Assembly: GCA_020635205.1 (NCBI GenBank)
Contig: JACKAE010000003.1
Span: 581,054-645,053, forward strand
Reading direction: 5' to 3'
Source of the DNA: Ignavibacteria bacterium
Lineage (GTDB): Bacteria > Bacteroidota > Ignavibacteria > OLB7
DNA length: 64,000 bases
Positions within the stretch are counted from its first letter, which is position 1. Each line of letters starts with the position of its first letter. Made by a program: the position numbers and the translations under genes. Shown one piece after another: positions 52,075-60,800 of the stretch. The notes below the pieces were generated by a model. That model did no database searches. It was not told the origin of the DNA and worked only from the letters and a program-made list of their open reading frames with translations.

Positions 52075-53367
52075 TTACCCGGGCTTTCTTGTCCCGTAAA
52101 CCAGTCGATGTTTATAGTTCTCATCTAACAGATCAAGCTGGCGCATACGATAGATAACTGTCGTTTTTGTCGTGCCATAGGTCTTTGCAATATTCCCTGT
52201 TATGGTATGGAATGAATCCTGATTGCATCTTTGCTCATCCACATACAATGGGCCAGTACGATGTAGACCTAAATCATCTTTCTCCATCATTAGGCGCACA
52301 CTTAAAGAAACTTTCGGGAGAAGTAAACAGGCTGCAAAATAGTTGGCTTGCCATTCAAGGCTCCTTACTTTCCCCTGTGTCCTTTCCATGTTAAGCGTTG
52401 CATCATCATCCGAGAAGTGTTTATACGAAAACGGTAGTATTTCCAGCTTGTTATGAAGAAAGTAGTGTCCTATTTCATGGCATAGCACAAAAGCAAATCT
52501 ATCCGTATTTTTCAATGATATATCGACAAAGATTTTCTTGGATGCAAGCTCACAGTGCCCAAGGATTTTTCGGTCGTTCGCATCATATCCCAAATCCTCG
52601 CCAGTCTCAAAATTTAGGCCAAACATTTCTTCTAAGAATGTCATGAGCCTATCTAGATTTACGCCGTAACCACGGCTAACATTGCTTTGGTCAACGGCAT
52701 CTATCAAGCTATCGACAATCTCTTCAATGTACTCCCTTGACAGGTATGGAACGTAATCATTGGCATTCTGTATTTCAAGTTTACGTGTATACTTCACAAG
52801 TGCCAATAGAAGTTTCCGCTCAATATTTTGATTCCATCTGCGGTGTACGTGCGTTTGAATGATAGGATCATTATAAGTTTCCTCGGAAATTATAACTTCG
52901 CTAAGCTTATCAAGTTTTCGAGCCTCTTTGACACTGATCCGATGAAGAATAATATTGAAGGCAATATTGCCACTGACTTCAATAAGCATTATGCCGTATC
53001 CTTTCGCCACATTGTACGAACCATCAGAGTAAGGTGATGTTGAAATCATGACAGCTTTTGCATTCAGGCCTGTCACTTGTCTGACTTTACTCTCAAATTC
53101 TTCTACATCATCAACTGGAACATTTTTACTGGAATAGTCCTTGCATTCAATGAGCCACAGCATGAGCATGTTTTCCGTATCAGATCGGTATACTTCTATA
53201 GATAGATCAAACGTAATAAACCCTTTGCGCTTGTCTGAATAGTATTTAGGTTTGCGCTTTAACTTGCAGGATGCGGGAATAAGTCCCAGCCTATACCCTT
53301 CCAGCTCCTCCTTGATAAGGTCATAGCTGACATCCTCAAAAGCATCCCCTTTTGCAACGGTATTCAT
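52075..53367 (-). CDS. Fusion protein: Mrr-like PD-(D/E)xK restriction-endonuclease domain plus ImmA/IrrE (M78) zinc metallopeptidase domain
   Basis: The ORF is 430 aa with AGGAG 6 nt upstream of the ATG. The N-terminus has KGDAFEDVSYDLIKEEL, FDLSIE and LIECKDY (the D...E-x-K pattern of Mrr_cat). The C-terminus has HExxH in FVLCHEIGHYFLH and EWQANYFAACLLLP. The composition is visibly AT-rich. Confidence 0.85.
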   Translation of the reverse strand: MNTVAKGDAFEDVSYDLIKEELEGYRLGLIPASCKLKRKPKYYSDKRKGFITFDLSIEVYRSDTENMLMLWLIECKDYSSKNVPVDDVEEFESKVRQVTGLNAKAVMISTSPYSDGSYNVAKGYGIMLIEVSGNIAFNIILHRISVKEARKLDKLSEVIISEETYNDPIIQTHVHRRWNQNIERKLLLALVKYTRKLEIQNANDYVPYLSREYIEEIVDSLIDAVDQSNVSRGYGVNLDRLMTFLEEMFGLNFETGEDLGYDANDRKILGHCELASKKIFVDISLKNTDRFAFVLCHEIGHYFLHNKLEILPFSYKHFSDDDATLNMERTQGKVRSLEWQANYFAACLLLPKVSLSVRLMMEKDDLGLHRTGPLYVDEQRCNQDSFHTITGNIAKTYGTTKTTVIYRMRQLDLLDENYKHRLVYGTRKPG

Positions 53368-53441
53368 TTCTGACTCCTTCTTTATATAGCAAAAAAAGGA
53401 CGTAAAAATTTTCCACTCCTCAAAACGAAAATTTGCAACTG

Positions 53442-54749
53442 CTATTCAGTTTTTTTCTTCCCCGCACGACTGATCGCCGTACTGGCGGCTTGAACAGATT
53501 CACGCACAGGGTCGAGATCGAGCCGGGCATAAACGGCAGTGGCTTGGTGGCTCTTGTGTCCGAGGGATTTTCCGATGATATATTGATTGGCTCCGGCGGC
53601 GGCCTGAAAGCTGCCCAGCGTACGGCGCAGATCGTGCAGACGCATATCCATGAGACCTGTTGGGAGTTCTATGTTTTGTTCTTCGGCAAGCGTTTGAACA
53701 GCCACATAAAGTTTCCGGTTATAGGAGCGGGTTTTGGTCTGTTGCATGGCTTGCGCGACAAGTGGGGCAATGTGAGAATGCGCTTGCCAGTATTTGATAG
53801 TCGCATTGGTGAGAATGCGCTTCCACGGGTTCTTTGGGTCTGTCAGGTGACTATCGGTTTTGTCACTGGGAAAGACCCATTTGCGGTTTGTCTGCTTTTG
53901 CCGACGTTGTAAAATCTCAAGGGCTTCGATGGAGAGCGCAATCGTCAGAGGCTCCCCGTTCTTCGTCTCCGGAATACGCCATAGTGCCCGGTCAAGATCA
54001 ATCTCTGTCCAACGCATCGACAGCACGTTAGTCTTTCTCGCCCCGGTATAAAGAGACATGAGGATATAGTCACAAGCCGTCTGGTTTTCTTCCTCGTGCA
54101 ATGCCTCGAAGAAGAAGGGCAGTTCGCCCGGCCTTAAGAAACGGTCACGGGATTTTTCCTTGAATTTCTTGATGCCCTGTGCCGGGTTCCCGCCATCCCA
54201 GCCCCATTCTATCGCTTTGTTGAAAATACTGCTAATCCGGGCAAGGATTCTGTTCGCCTGATAAAGTCCGCTATCCTTGCCCAGCTTTGTATGAAGCCGC
54301 TGGACTTCATTTTTATCTATGGAAGAGGCTTTGCGGTTCAGCCAGTGGGAGAGGTATTTATGCACTTCCCATTTATCCTGTTCCCATGTCCGCTTGTGTT
54401 TCTTGGCATATCTCTCCAAGTACATGTCAAACAGGTCAGCGAAGGTCATTTCTTCGCGTAGTTTCCGTTTTTCAAGATTGGGGTTTGTGCCGTTGGAGAT
54501 CATCGCATGGACTTCTTCCGCTTTTGCACGGGCGTTCTCGATTGACCAGTCGGCAACGTCTCCGATGGTGTAGCGGATCGGGCGACCGTCCTTTTTACGG
54601 TAAACTTTGAAGGTCTTCTTTCCCTTGTCCGTCACCTCAAGGCGCAGAGCCTTCACCCGCGTATCCTGATAATGATCCCGCGTACCTTCCTTTGCATCGG
54701 GCAGGGTTTCAATCGTCTTTTTCGTGAAGTTGATACGGCGGGTTGTCAT
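53442..54749 (-). CDS. int: Tyrosine site-specific integrase (P4-like, with N-terminal arm-binding DUF4102-type domain)
   Basis: The ORF is 435 aa. The N-terminus is INFTKKTIETLP...YQDTRVKALRLEVTDKGKKTFKVYRK. The catalytic residues are in YTGARKTNVLSMRW, LHDLRRT and LGHKSHQATAVYARL. Confidence 0.93.
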   Translation of the reverse strand: MTTRRINFTKKTIETLPDAKEGTRDHYQDTRVKALRLEVTDKGKKTFKVYRKKDGRPIRYTIGDVADWSIENARAKAEEVHAMISNGTNPNLEKRKLREEMTFADLFDMYLERYAKKHKRTWEQDKWEVHKYLSHWLNRKASSIDKNEVQRLHTKLGKDSGLYQANRILARISSIFNKAIEWGWDGGNPAQGIKKFKEKSRDRFLRPGELPFFFEALHEEENQTACDYILMSLYTGARKTNVLSMRWTEIDLDRALWRIPETKNGEPLTIALSIEALEILQRRQKQTNRKWVFPSDKTDSHLTDPKNPWKRILTNATIKYWQAHSHIAPLVAQAMQQTKTRSYNRKLYVAVQTLAEEQNIELPTGLMDMRLHDLRRTLGSFQAAAGANQYIIGKSLGHKSHQATAVYARLDLDPVRESVQAASTAISRAGKKKTE

Positions 54750-54752
54750 TCT

Positions 54753-54772
54753 GGGGCTACTCTGGGGCTACC
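54753..54772 (+). repeat. 20-bp direct repeat, copy 1 (GGGGCTACTCTGGGGCTACC)
   Basis: The sequence is an exact match to 55007-55026 and is itself a tandem of GGGGCTAC. It lies 4 nt upstream of the integrase start codon. Confidence 0.9.
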
Positions 54773-54914
54773 TTTTTCATCTATTTTGGTTATACATGGT
54801 GAAGGTGTCGGGGGTCAAGGGAAAGACAAGACAGCATCTAATGCGCTGATAAATAAGAGAAAAATAACGTTCGTTAATCTCGGTCAGTTTTATCCATAAA
54901 CATTGACCGTAAGA

Positions 54915-54959
54915 CTACGGATCAGAAGGTTAGGAGTTCAAATCTTCTCGGGCGCGCCA
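54915..54959 (+). other. Orphan 3' fragment of tRNA-Arg(ACG), from anticodon loop to CCA; probable integrase attachment-site core
   Basis: The sequence is ctACGga tcaga aggtt aggag ttcaaat cttct cgggcgc g cca. This reads as an anticodon loop C-U-ACG-G-A, the 3' anticodon stem strand, a 5-nt variable loop, a T-arm with a 5-bp stem and 7-nt loop, the 3' acceptor strand, discriminator G and CCA. The 3' end cgggcgcgcca equals that of E. coli tRNA-Arg as I recall it. There is no matching 5' acceptor (gcgcccg), D-arm or 5' anticodon stem upstream. Confidence 0.7.
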
Positions 54960-55006
54960 ATAATTTCAAACACTTAGCTGATCTTCTGGTTTTGAGAATT
55001 TCCTTC

Positions 55007-55026
55007 GGGGCTACTCTGGGGCTACC
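55007..55026 (+). repeat. 20-bp direct repeat, copy 2 (GGGGCTACTCTGGGGCTACC)
   Basis: The sequence is an exact match to 54753-54772 and lies 48 nt to the right of the tRNA fragment. Confidence 0.9.
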
Positions 55027-55094
55027 GTATCCAGTAATAGCAGTTAGCAAGAATCAATGTGAACAAGGTCGTGCTTATGCGGCGGGGGGTCGTC

Positions 55095-55328
55095 TCAATC
55101 ATTCGTCGTGTTGATTGCTTTTTCGACACGCTGGAGGATGGTGGAAGGTTTGATGTTGAGGGCTTCGGCGAGGCGGAAGAGTGTGGGGAGTTGCCGCCCG
55201 GTTTCCAGTTGCGAGAGGAACGAGCGGTCAATGTCAGTTCTGAACGAGACTTCCTGCTGGGAAAGACCCCGGTCAATACGAAGCTGTCGTACAACAGCCC
55301 CAAAAGCGGAAGCAATATCTTCTTTCAC
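55095..55328 (-). CDS. XRE-family helix-turn-helix transcriptional regulator
   Basis: The ORF is 77 aa and reads FGAVVRQLRIDRGLSQQEVSFRTDIDRSFLSQLETGRQLPTLFRLAEALNIKPSTIL. Confidence 0.85.
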   Translation of the reverse strand: MKEDIASAFGAVVRQLRIDRGLSQQEVSFRTDIDRSFLSQLETGRQLPTLFRLAEALNIKPSTILQRVEKAINTTND

Positions 55329-55359
55329 GGGAGAGAAGGTATTGCTGGGCGCGGAAAAG

Positions 55360-55383
55360 AATTGTTGGTTATCACCAACAATT
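55360..55383. promoter_or_regulatory. Perfect palindromic operator candidate upstream of the 77-aa XRE gene
   Basis: AATTGTTGGT tatc ACCAACAATT has 10-bp perfect arms and a 4-bp spacer. It lies 32 nt upstream of the start codon at 55328. Confidence 0.55.
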
Positions 55384-55507
55384 AGTTATTTTATTGATAT
55401 GGCTTCACCCAGCTAACTTTTACCCTTCACAAGTGTTTGTGGAAGGTGCAGGAAGAGGCGTGTTTTCAAACATTGCTCTGTTCATATTGCCGGACAGGGG
55501 CGCGATG

Positions 55508-55906
55508 TCAATCTGTAGATGTTTGATCGAGTAGTTTTCGAGCTTCTCGTATGAGTGTGCCGGGTTTCATGTCAAGGAGTTCTTCCAGTAGCATGATTGT
55601 CCGAAGGCAGGGTTGTTTCTCTCCGCGTTCAAGGCGTGAGATATAGGATTGTTCGAGGTCGGCATCTCCTTCAAGATCACCTTGCCGGAGGTTCAGGGCA
55701 ATGCGGCGGTTGCGAAGTGCCTGACCAAAGGCTTCTTCGGGAGAGAGGGGACATTTATCCCAGCGCGAAGATAAAACATGTCTGCGAGGCATATTAAAAA
55801 GTATGCCTGAACGCTTGGAGAATAATTGTCCAATGGACATATTGCTCTTGCAGTGTGGCAAAAGCCTGCGAAAGAAACCCCGTTCCTGTGGAGATAAAAA
55901 AAGCAT
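55508..55906 (-). CDS. XRE-family helix-turn-helix regulator (longer, N-terminus uncertain)
   Basis: The C-terminal HTH is FGQALRNRRIALNLRQGDLEGDADLEQSYISRLERGEKQPCLRTIMLLEELLDMKPGTL. Alternative starts are ATGs at 55840 and 55792. Confidence 0.75.
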   Translation of the reverse strand: MLFLSPQERGFFRRLLPHCKSNMSIGQLFSKRSGILFNMPRRHVLSSRWDKCPLSPEEAFGQALRNRRIALNLRQGDLEGDADLEQSYISRLERGEKQPCLRTIMLLEELLDMKPGTLIREARKLLDQTSTD

Positions 55907-55975
55907 TGGATAGGAACGTGAGAATCCCGACTTTGAAAGACGGCAACTACAACCTTCATCAACTCTGGCAGACCT

Positions 55976-57805
55976 ATGAACAGAGGAAAAAATATCACTG
56001 GAAGGGAACCGTGCTACTGGCGTTTAGTAACGGTGCTCTTTGTGCTGTCATCGCCGCTTCTTTTGGCGCAGGAGGGCGATCCGCGCCATACGCACTGGCA
56101 GGAAATTCTGCCCTACGGAACGATGTATGGTGATGCGTTGGATAGTTGCGATCATTGTGCATTTGCAGGCGGGATTACGCCATTGGGAGATATTGATAAT
56201 TCTGGCACACAGGATTTTGCCTTCAGTCGCGGTTTACCGTTGGCGGATGGAGAAGTGAATAGTATACAACTGATATACAAAGGAGTCCCTGGTCGATTGC
56301 CAAAAATCACGGAATATCAACCGCTACAATTGGTCGAATCAGGTTCTCATATTGCGATACTTGCAGCAGGAGACTGGGATGGAGACGGATGGCGGGATTT
56401 GTGCGTTGAGATTGAACTCGACGGCGATACTTCTGAAGGAAATGTTAATGGCAGGTATTCAATAGGTCGCGTCGTCATATTCTGGAACGACGGCGCGGGA
56501 AATTTCTCACTGGAAGATACGACTCGTCTGTCGAACCCCCTCGGAACAAGTGATGCGTGGACAGGTGCGAGTTGGGGCTTCTCCTATGACTGGTCTGGTG
56601 ATGGTGTAGAGGACTTGTTAGTCCGAGGATTTGGTGCGGTTGCCAATGGAGAGCGACAGCAAACAGTCGGGGGACATTTATATTACGGAGGGGATGGCCA
56701 GCGATGGGGCAGGAATGGTGTGCGAACGATACCTGCTTGGGAATGGTCGGGGATGCCCTCACACCGCATTGTACAGATGAAGGATCAAAATTGCGATGGT
56801 GCTCTTGATCTCATTTTTATGAATCAGGGAGTGGCAATTGAAGAGCCTACATTGACGATCTGCTACGGGAATCCGGAACTGGATGTGCCGGACACGAATG
56901 ATTGTGTGACGATAGAGTTCTACCAAAAGGCTGGCGGTCACTGGGCATCGCTTCTTGATGTGACGGGCGATAACGTTCTCGATCTGGTGCTGTCCGGAAG
57001 CGACAGCCGCTATTACGTTTATGTTGGTGAGCCGGGAGCACGAATTGACTCGATCTTCGGCAGTGGGAACGATCCGGCTGATCCGGAGAAGGGACGGAAC
57101 TACGCCCGTCCGTGGGGAACAACCCCGATGCCGAACCGGGTGAACGAGGCGTGGGGGAATCCGAACAAGGGACCGATTTACGAACTTGGCGATGTTGATC
57201 TGGACGGGGCGGATGACATTGTGGCCTTCACAAGCGGGTATCTCTGTGTCTGGCGCGTCGTGAATATTTTTGATTCACTCATTGATGGATATATAGATGT
57301 CCCAGCCTTAAGCGTAAATAATTTGCAAAACCTCGGCGACATAGATTCGACCGGGATACCAACCTATGCCTTAAGCTATTTTACCAGCGGAGGGCATCCG
57401 CTATATGCGGGAGCCGTCAGCTTCTACAAGCCCAATCCGGAGATACCGAAGACCGGACGTTTTCGTCAACCTGCATATCCGATAGATGCGGGAGATCGGT
57501 GCTACGGCATATCGAGCGTTAAAGACGACAGCGAACAGCAGAAGGTTTTCGATGTCCGCGTGACCCCGAATCCTGCATCCGGAGACCTTGTCATTGAATG
57601 GGAAAGCTCACCGTCAGGTACAGGTGCAGCACAAGCATACCTGATGATTGCCGATGTGCGGGGAGGCATTATCCTCTCCCAAAAACTGCACGATGGCCAA
57701 GAGCAATTTCTCTGGCATACCGGGATGATGCAGAGTGGTGTGTATTATATCACCCTCACTGTCGGCGGTGTGAGCCGGACAGTGCCCGTCACGATTCAAC
57801 AATAA
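55976..57805 (+). CDS. FG-GAP/VCBS-repeat beta-propeller protein with T9SS C-terminal sorting domain
   Basis: The ORF is 609 aa with a signal peptide ...VTVLFVLSSPLLLAQEG. It has about seven Ca-binding-like DxDxDG repeats (DIDNSGTQDF, GDWDGDGWRDL, DWSGDGVEDL, DQNCDGALDL, DVTGDNVLDL, GDVDLDGADDI, GDIDSTGIP). The C-terminus is VTPNPASGDLVIEW...GVYYITLTVGGVSRTVPVTIQQ. Confidence 0.85.
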   Translation: MNRGKNITGREPCYWRLVTVLFVLSSPLLLAQEGDPRHTHWQEILPYGTMYGDALDSCDHCAFAGGITPLGDIDNSGTQDFAFSRGLPLADGEVNSIQLIYKGVPGRLPKITEYQPLQLVESGSHIAILAAGDWDGDGWRDLCVEIELDGDTSEGNVNGRYSIGRVVIFWNDGAGNFSLEDTTRLSNPLGTSDAWTGASWGFSYDWSGDGVEDLLVRGFGAVANGERQQTVGGHLYYGGDGQRWGRNGVRTIPAWEWSGMPSHRIVQMKDQNCDGALDLIFMNQGVAIEEPTLTICYGNPELDVPDTNDCVTIEFYQKAGGHWASLLDVTGDNVLDLVLSGSDSRYYVYVGEPGARIDSIFGSGNDPADPEKGRNYARPWGTTPMPNRVNEAWGNPNKGPIYELGDVDLDGADDIVAFTSGYLCVWRVVNIFDSLIDGYIDVPALSVNNLQNLGDIDSTGIPTYALSYFTSGGHPLYAGAVSFYKPNPEIPKTGRFRQPAYPIDAGDRCYGISSVKDDSEQQKVFDVRVTPNPASGDLVIEWESSPSGTGAAQAYLMIADVRGGIILSQKLHDGQEQFLWHTGMMQSGVYYITLTVGGVSRTVPVTIQQ

Positions 57806-57899
57806 TCAGCAGAAAATAATTGGGGAAGGAACCAACGGCCTCGAAAACCCGGCTCCTTCCCCCTAACCCATCATTTCTCTTAAAAGACAGGTATGTACA

Positions 57900-60800
57900 A
57901 TGAATCTACAAACTTTTCTTCGGGCGTTTTGTTGCGCTTTCTATCCATCGCTTCTGTTGCTCCTTCTTTGTGATGGGAGATTGGCGCAAGCGCAGTCTAT
58001 CACACCGATTCCGCAACAGCTTGGCATCTGGAAGTATGATTCCTCCTTCGTCATCTTCGGACAGGGGATCGACGACCCGATTATTGCCGTTGACGACTAC
58101 CACATGCGCTTCACGCAAGGGTACAACATTGGTATTCCTTCAATCAATGCCGTACTGGCGACAACATACCGGGGTGTCCACTACGATACGGTGACGGGGT
58201 TGTGGGACAATCTCGGGAGCGAGGCCGATTCTATCCGGAAGTATTTCCTGCTGAATGCCTACGCAAAAGGTTTTGGCATCGTCGGGCATCCACACCACAC
58301 TCATTTCTCGGTGACCCACGCGAAGAATTATGATGCGTGGATACATCCTCCACTCACGAAGGATATCCAGAATTTTTATCCAACGATCAGTTTCCCCTAC
58401 AACCGCGTAAGTTTTCCGTATGAGTTATATGAGTGGCCATATCTCAGCGGGAGTGGATGGGGATTCTTCGGGCAAGACACCTTGAAGAGAGACCTGAAAC
58501 ATAGGTTCTACTCCTACATCACGGTTGATGCGCGAGATGAAAACGATCCGGACGACACCATCAGTTCCGTTCTGATGTTTGGTGATGCGGGGTTCAATAT
58601 CGACGTGCTGACCCGATCAGACACCGGACTCTACAATGATGTCTACCATATCTGGGCCGACGAAAACGGAACTCCACGAAGTCCGTCAGTCGCCGATTCT
58701 CTTGAGCAACTCTACGATAAGTCACGAATACTTGATGTGGGAGTAGCTATCTGGGCTGATGATGAACCGCTTCGCAATGATAGCCTTGATTGGGATAACG
58801 ATACAGCCATCGGCTACACAGATATTTATCTGCGGGATACTGCGATGCAGAGCCGCGACAACGCTTCCCGTCACCTCGATTCTATCTGGGTTGTGACCGG
58901 AGCCGATACTGTTTGGTACGATATGACACCGGGGAACCGCCTTTTTCGAGTGTTCTATACTGGCGGGTGGCAGGCAACTTCCACGACTGCTGTGCCGATT
59001 GATACCTGCAAGTGTGCGCTCTATCGGAGGCTTGTAAGAGATACGGTAACGAAGAAAGAATATCTTGAAATCAGCGACTCCACGAATTCAAAATATACCC
59101 CAGCAGGCGGGCAATTCTACGAAATCCTCACCGAAGTAGACCCCTCACCCTACTGGCCGATGGATGTTGATGTTCCGTGGGAGTTCAACGACGGTGGAAG
59201 GGAATTCCCTCCTGCAAGCACGAGTCCTGAAGCGGCTTCGTACTGTGAATGGCTATTGAAGTGGCGGCGGGATTCCCTTTCTGCAAGTGATCCCCGGCAT
59301 CTGCCGGAAGGATCGTTCATTCGATACCGTCCATACGCCTTTGCACCCGGAGATATTGTTGACCGGGAAGTGCGCCCGGCGGCGGCAGGGGCAAGAAGTG
59401 ATCTGATCTACCGTTTTACCACCACCCGGCTCGTCGATGTCTCTTTTGCCCGGGGGCGGGTAGCACAACGTCTCGTCAAATTGATTGAGGAGGGCATTTT
59501 TGACAGCCTGATCCGTGTGGAGATGGGAGAGATTTTCAGCCACACGATTGTTGACAGCCTTTTGGTAAACGTTGTGATCGCCGATGAAATCTCCCACCCG
59601 CGTCAACGTGCCGGGGCGGTCGTTGACGGACTGGTGCAGCAGATTTTAGCTGACTCCGGCGCAAAGCAGAGCATCTTTATGAACCCGCCGATTAACTTCC
59701 TCGGCTTCCGCGTGGCCATGGGGGATTTTGATTCAACAGAGGTCAACAGCCAGCCGAACAAGAAGATGATTCACATGGTCTCCCGTCAGGCCTATCGCTT
59801 CTTCGCCCCTCTCCCGATACCGATTTCCTACCTCAATCCCGACAGCCTCGGTCGGTTCTGTTATGACACGGTGTATGGGCTGAAGGAGGTTGATACCCTT
59901 GATACGATAGTGACAATTCAAGGGGGAGATACGATTGTCACCGTTCACCAGAACATCAAGCGGCAGGTTGCTGGCAATTCCCAGTTTGACCACGACTATT
60001 ATACCGATCTTGTGCAAAAGGATATCTTCGGAAAATACCGTGATGTTTCTGCCGAGGGAGCATCGACAAACCAGAAGGGCATGATCCCGGCGATTGGCAC
60101 GATGGTCAACGCTTTCCGGTTCGACAATCTGGATGTCTCTCCCTATTCAAATCCTGTCTACAATATCGTCCAAACGCACGGATACTGGATACCCAGCGGC
60201 GCGACACCTGTGGGAGACCTTCCTCCCCACTCTTGGCCAAGAATAATGGGAACACGCATTCCCACCGCCGAAGAGATTGTGGCGCAGACATGGCTTTCGG
60301 TCAACACAGGGGTTGAAGGCGTAGGCTTTGCCGACATTCGCGATGACGGTCACACGGTCGGGTTTCTCCGCTATACCGGGCCGGAAAGCTATGCCGATGA
60401 ATACGGAACCTACACCCATACAAATTCCGGATATGGCGGCGGGCCGATTGAAGGATTCTGGCTTGCCAGAAAATCACGCCATACGGCGGTGAAGGAAGCC
60501 TCGACGGAACTCCACTACATCGACACAGTTGTTGGTTGGCGCAACGTACAATTCCGCCGCGAACAGATCAGCGTCTACGACACGGTTCAAACGTTCGCGT
60601 CAATCCCGATGCTCCGTGACCTGAAAGCAGAACGGGCAAAACGGTACGACTATTCCGTGAACGGAAGCGGCGTTTATACCTTTAACGGCTCGGACACCAT
60701 TGATGCCCGATCGGAAACCTATGTCGAAGCGACGCACTACGGCCCGGCTCCCGGTTCGGCGGAATCGCAAAGCGGCGCACACTTCCTCCTGATCACCAAC

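Noticed and set aside
54841-54959. An intact tRNA gene might sit next to the integrase.
   Set aside because: Only the segment from the anticodon loop to CCA is tRNA-like. The required 5' acceptor strand gcgcccg, the D-arm and a pairing 5' anticodon stem are absent within 120 nt upstream. It is therefore called a fragment. A tmRNA was also excluded because there is no G3:U70 and the discriminator is G.
51480-54959. The integrase and nuclease-peptidase genes might form a clean small genomic island bounded by an intact tRNA on the left and the tRNA fragment on the right.
   Set aside because: No intact tRNA or second copy of the 45-nt core exists at the left side. The left boundary is made of unrelated 116-bp repeats. 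The arm-like 20-mers flank the single core on both sides. The simple model does not fit, so I report it only as an open question.
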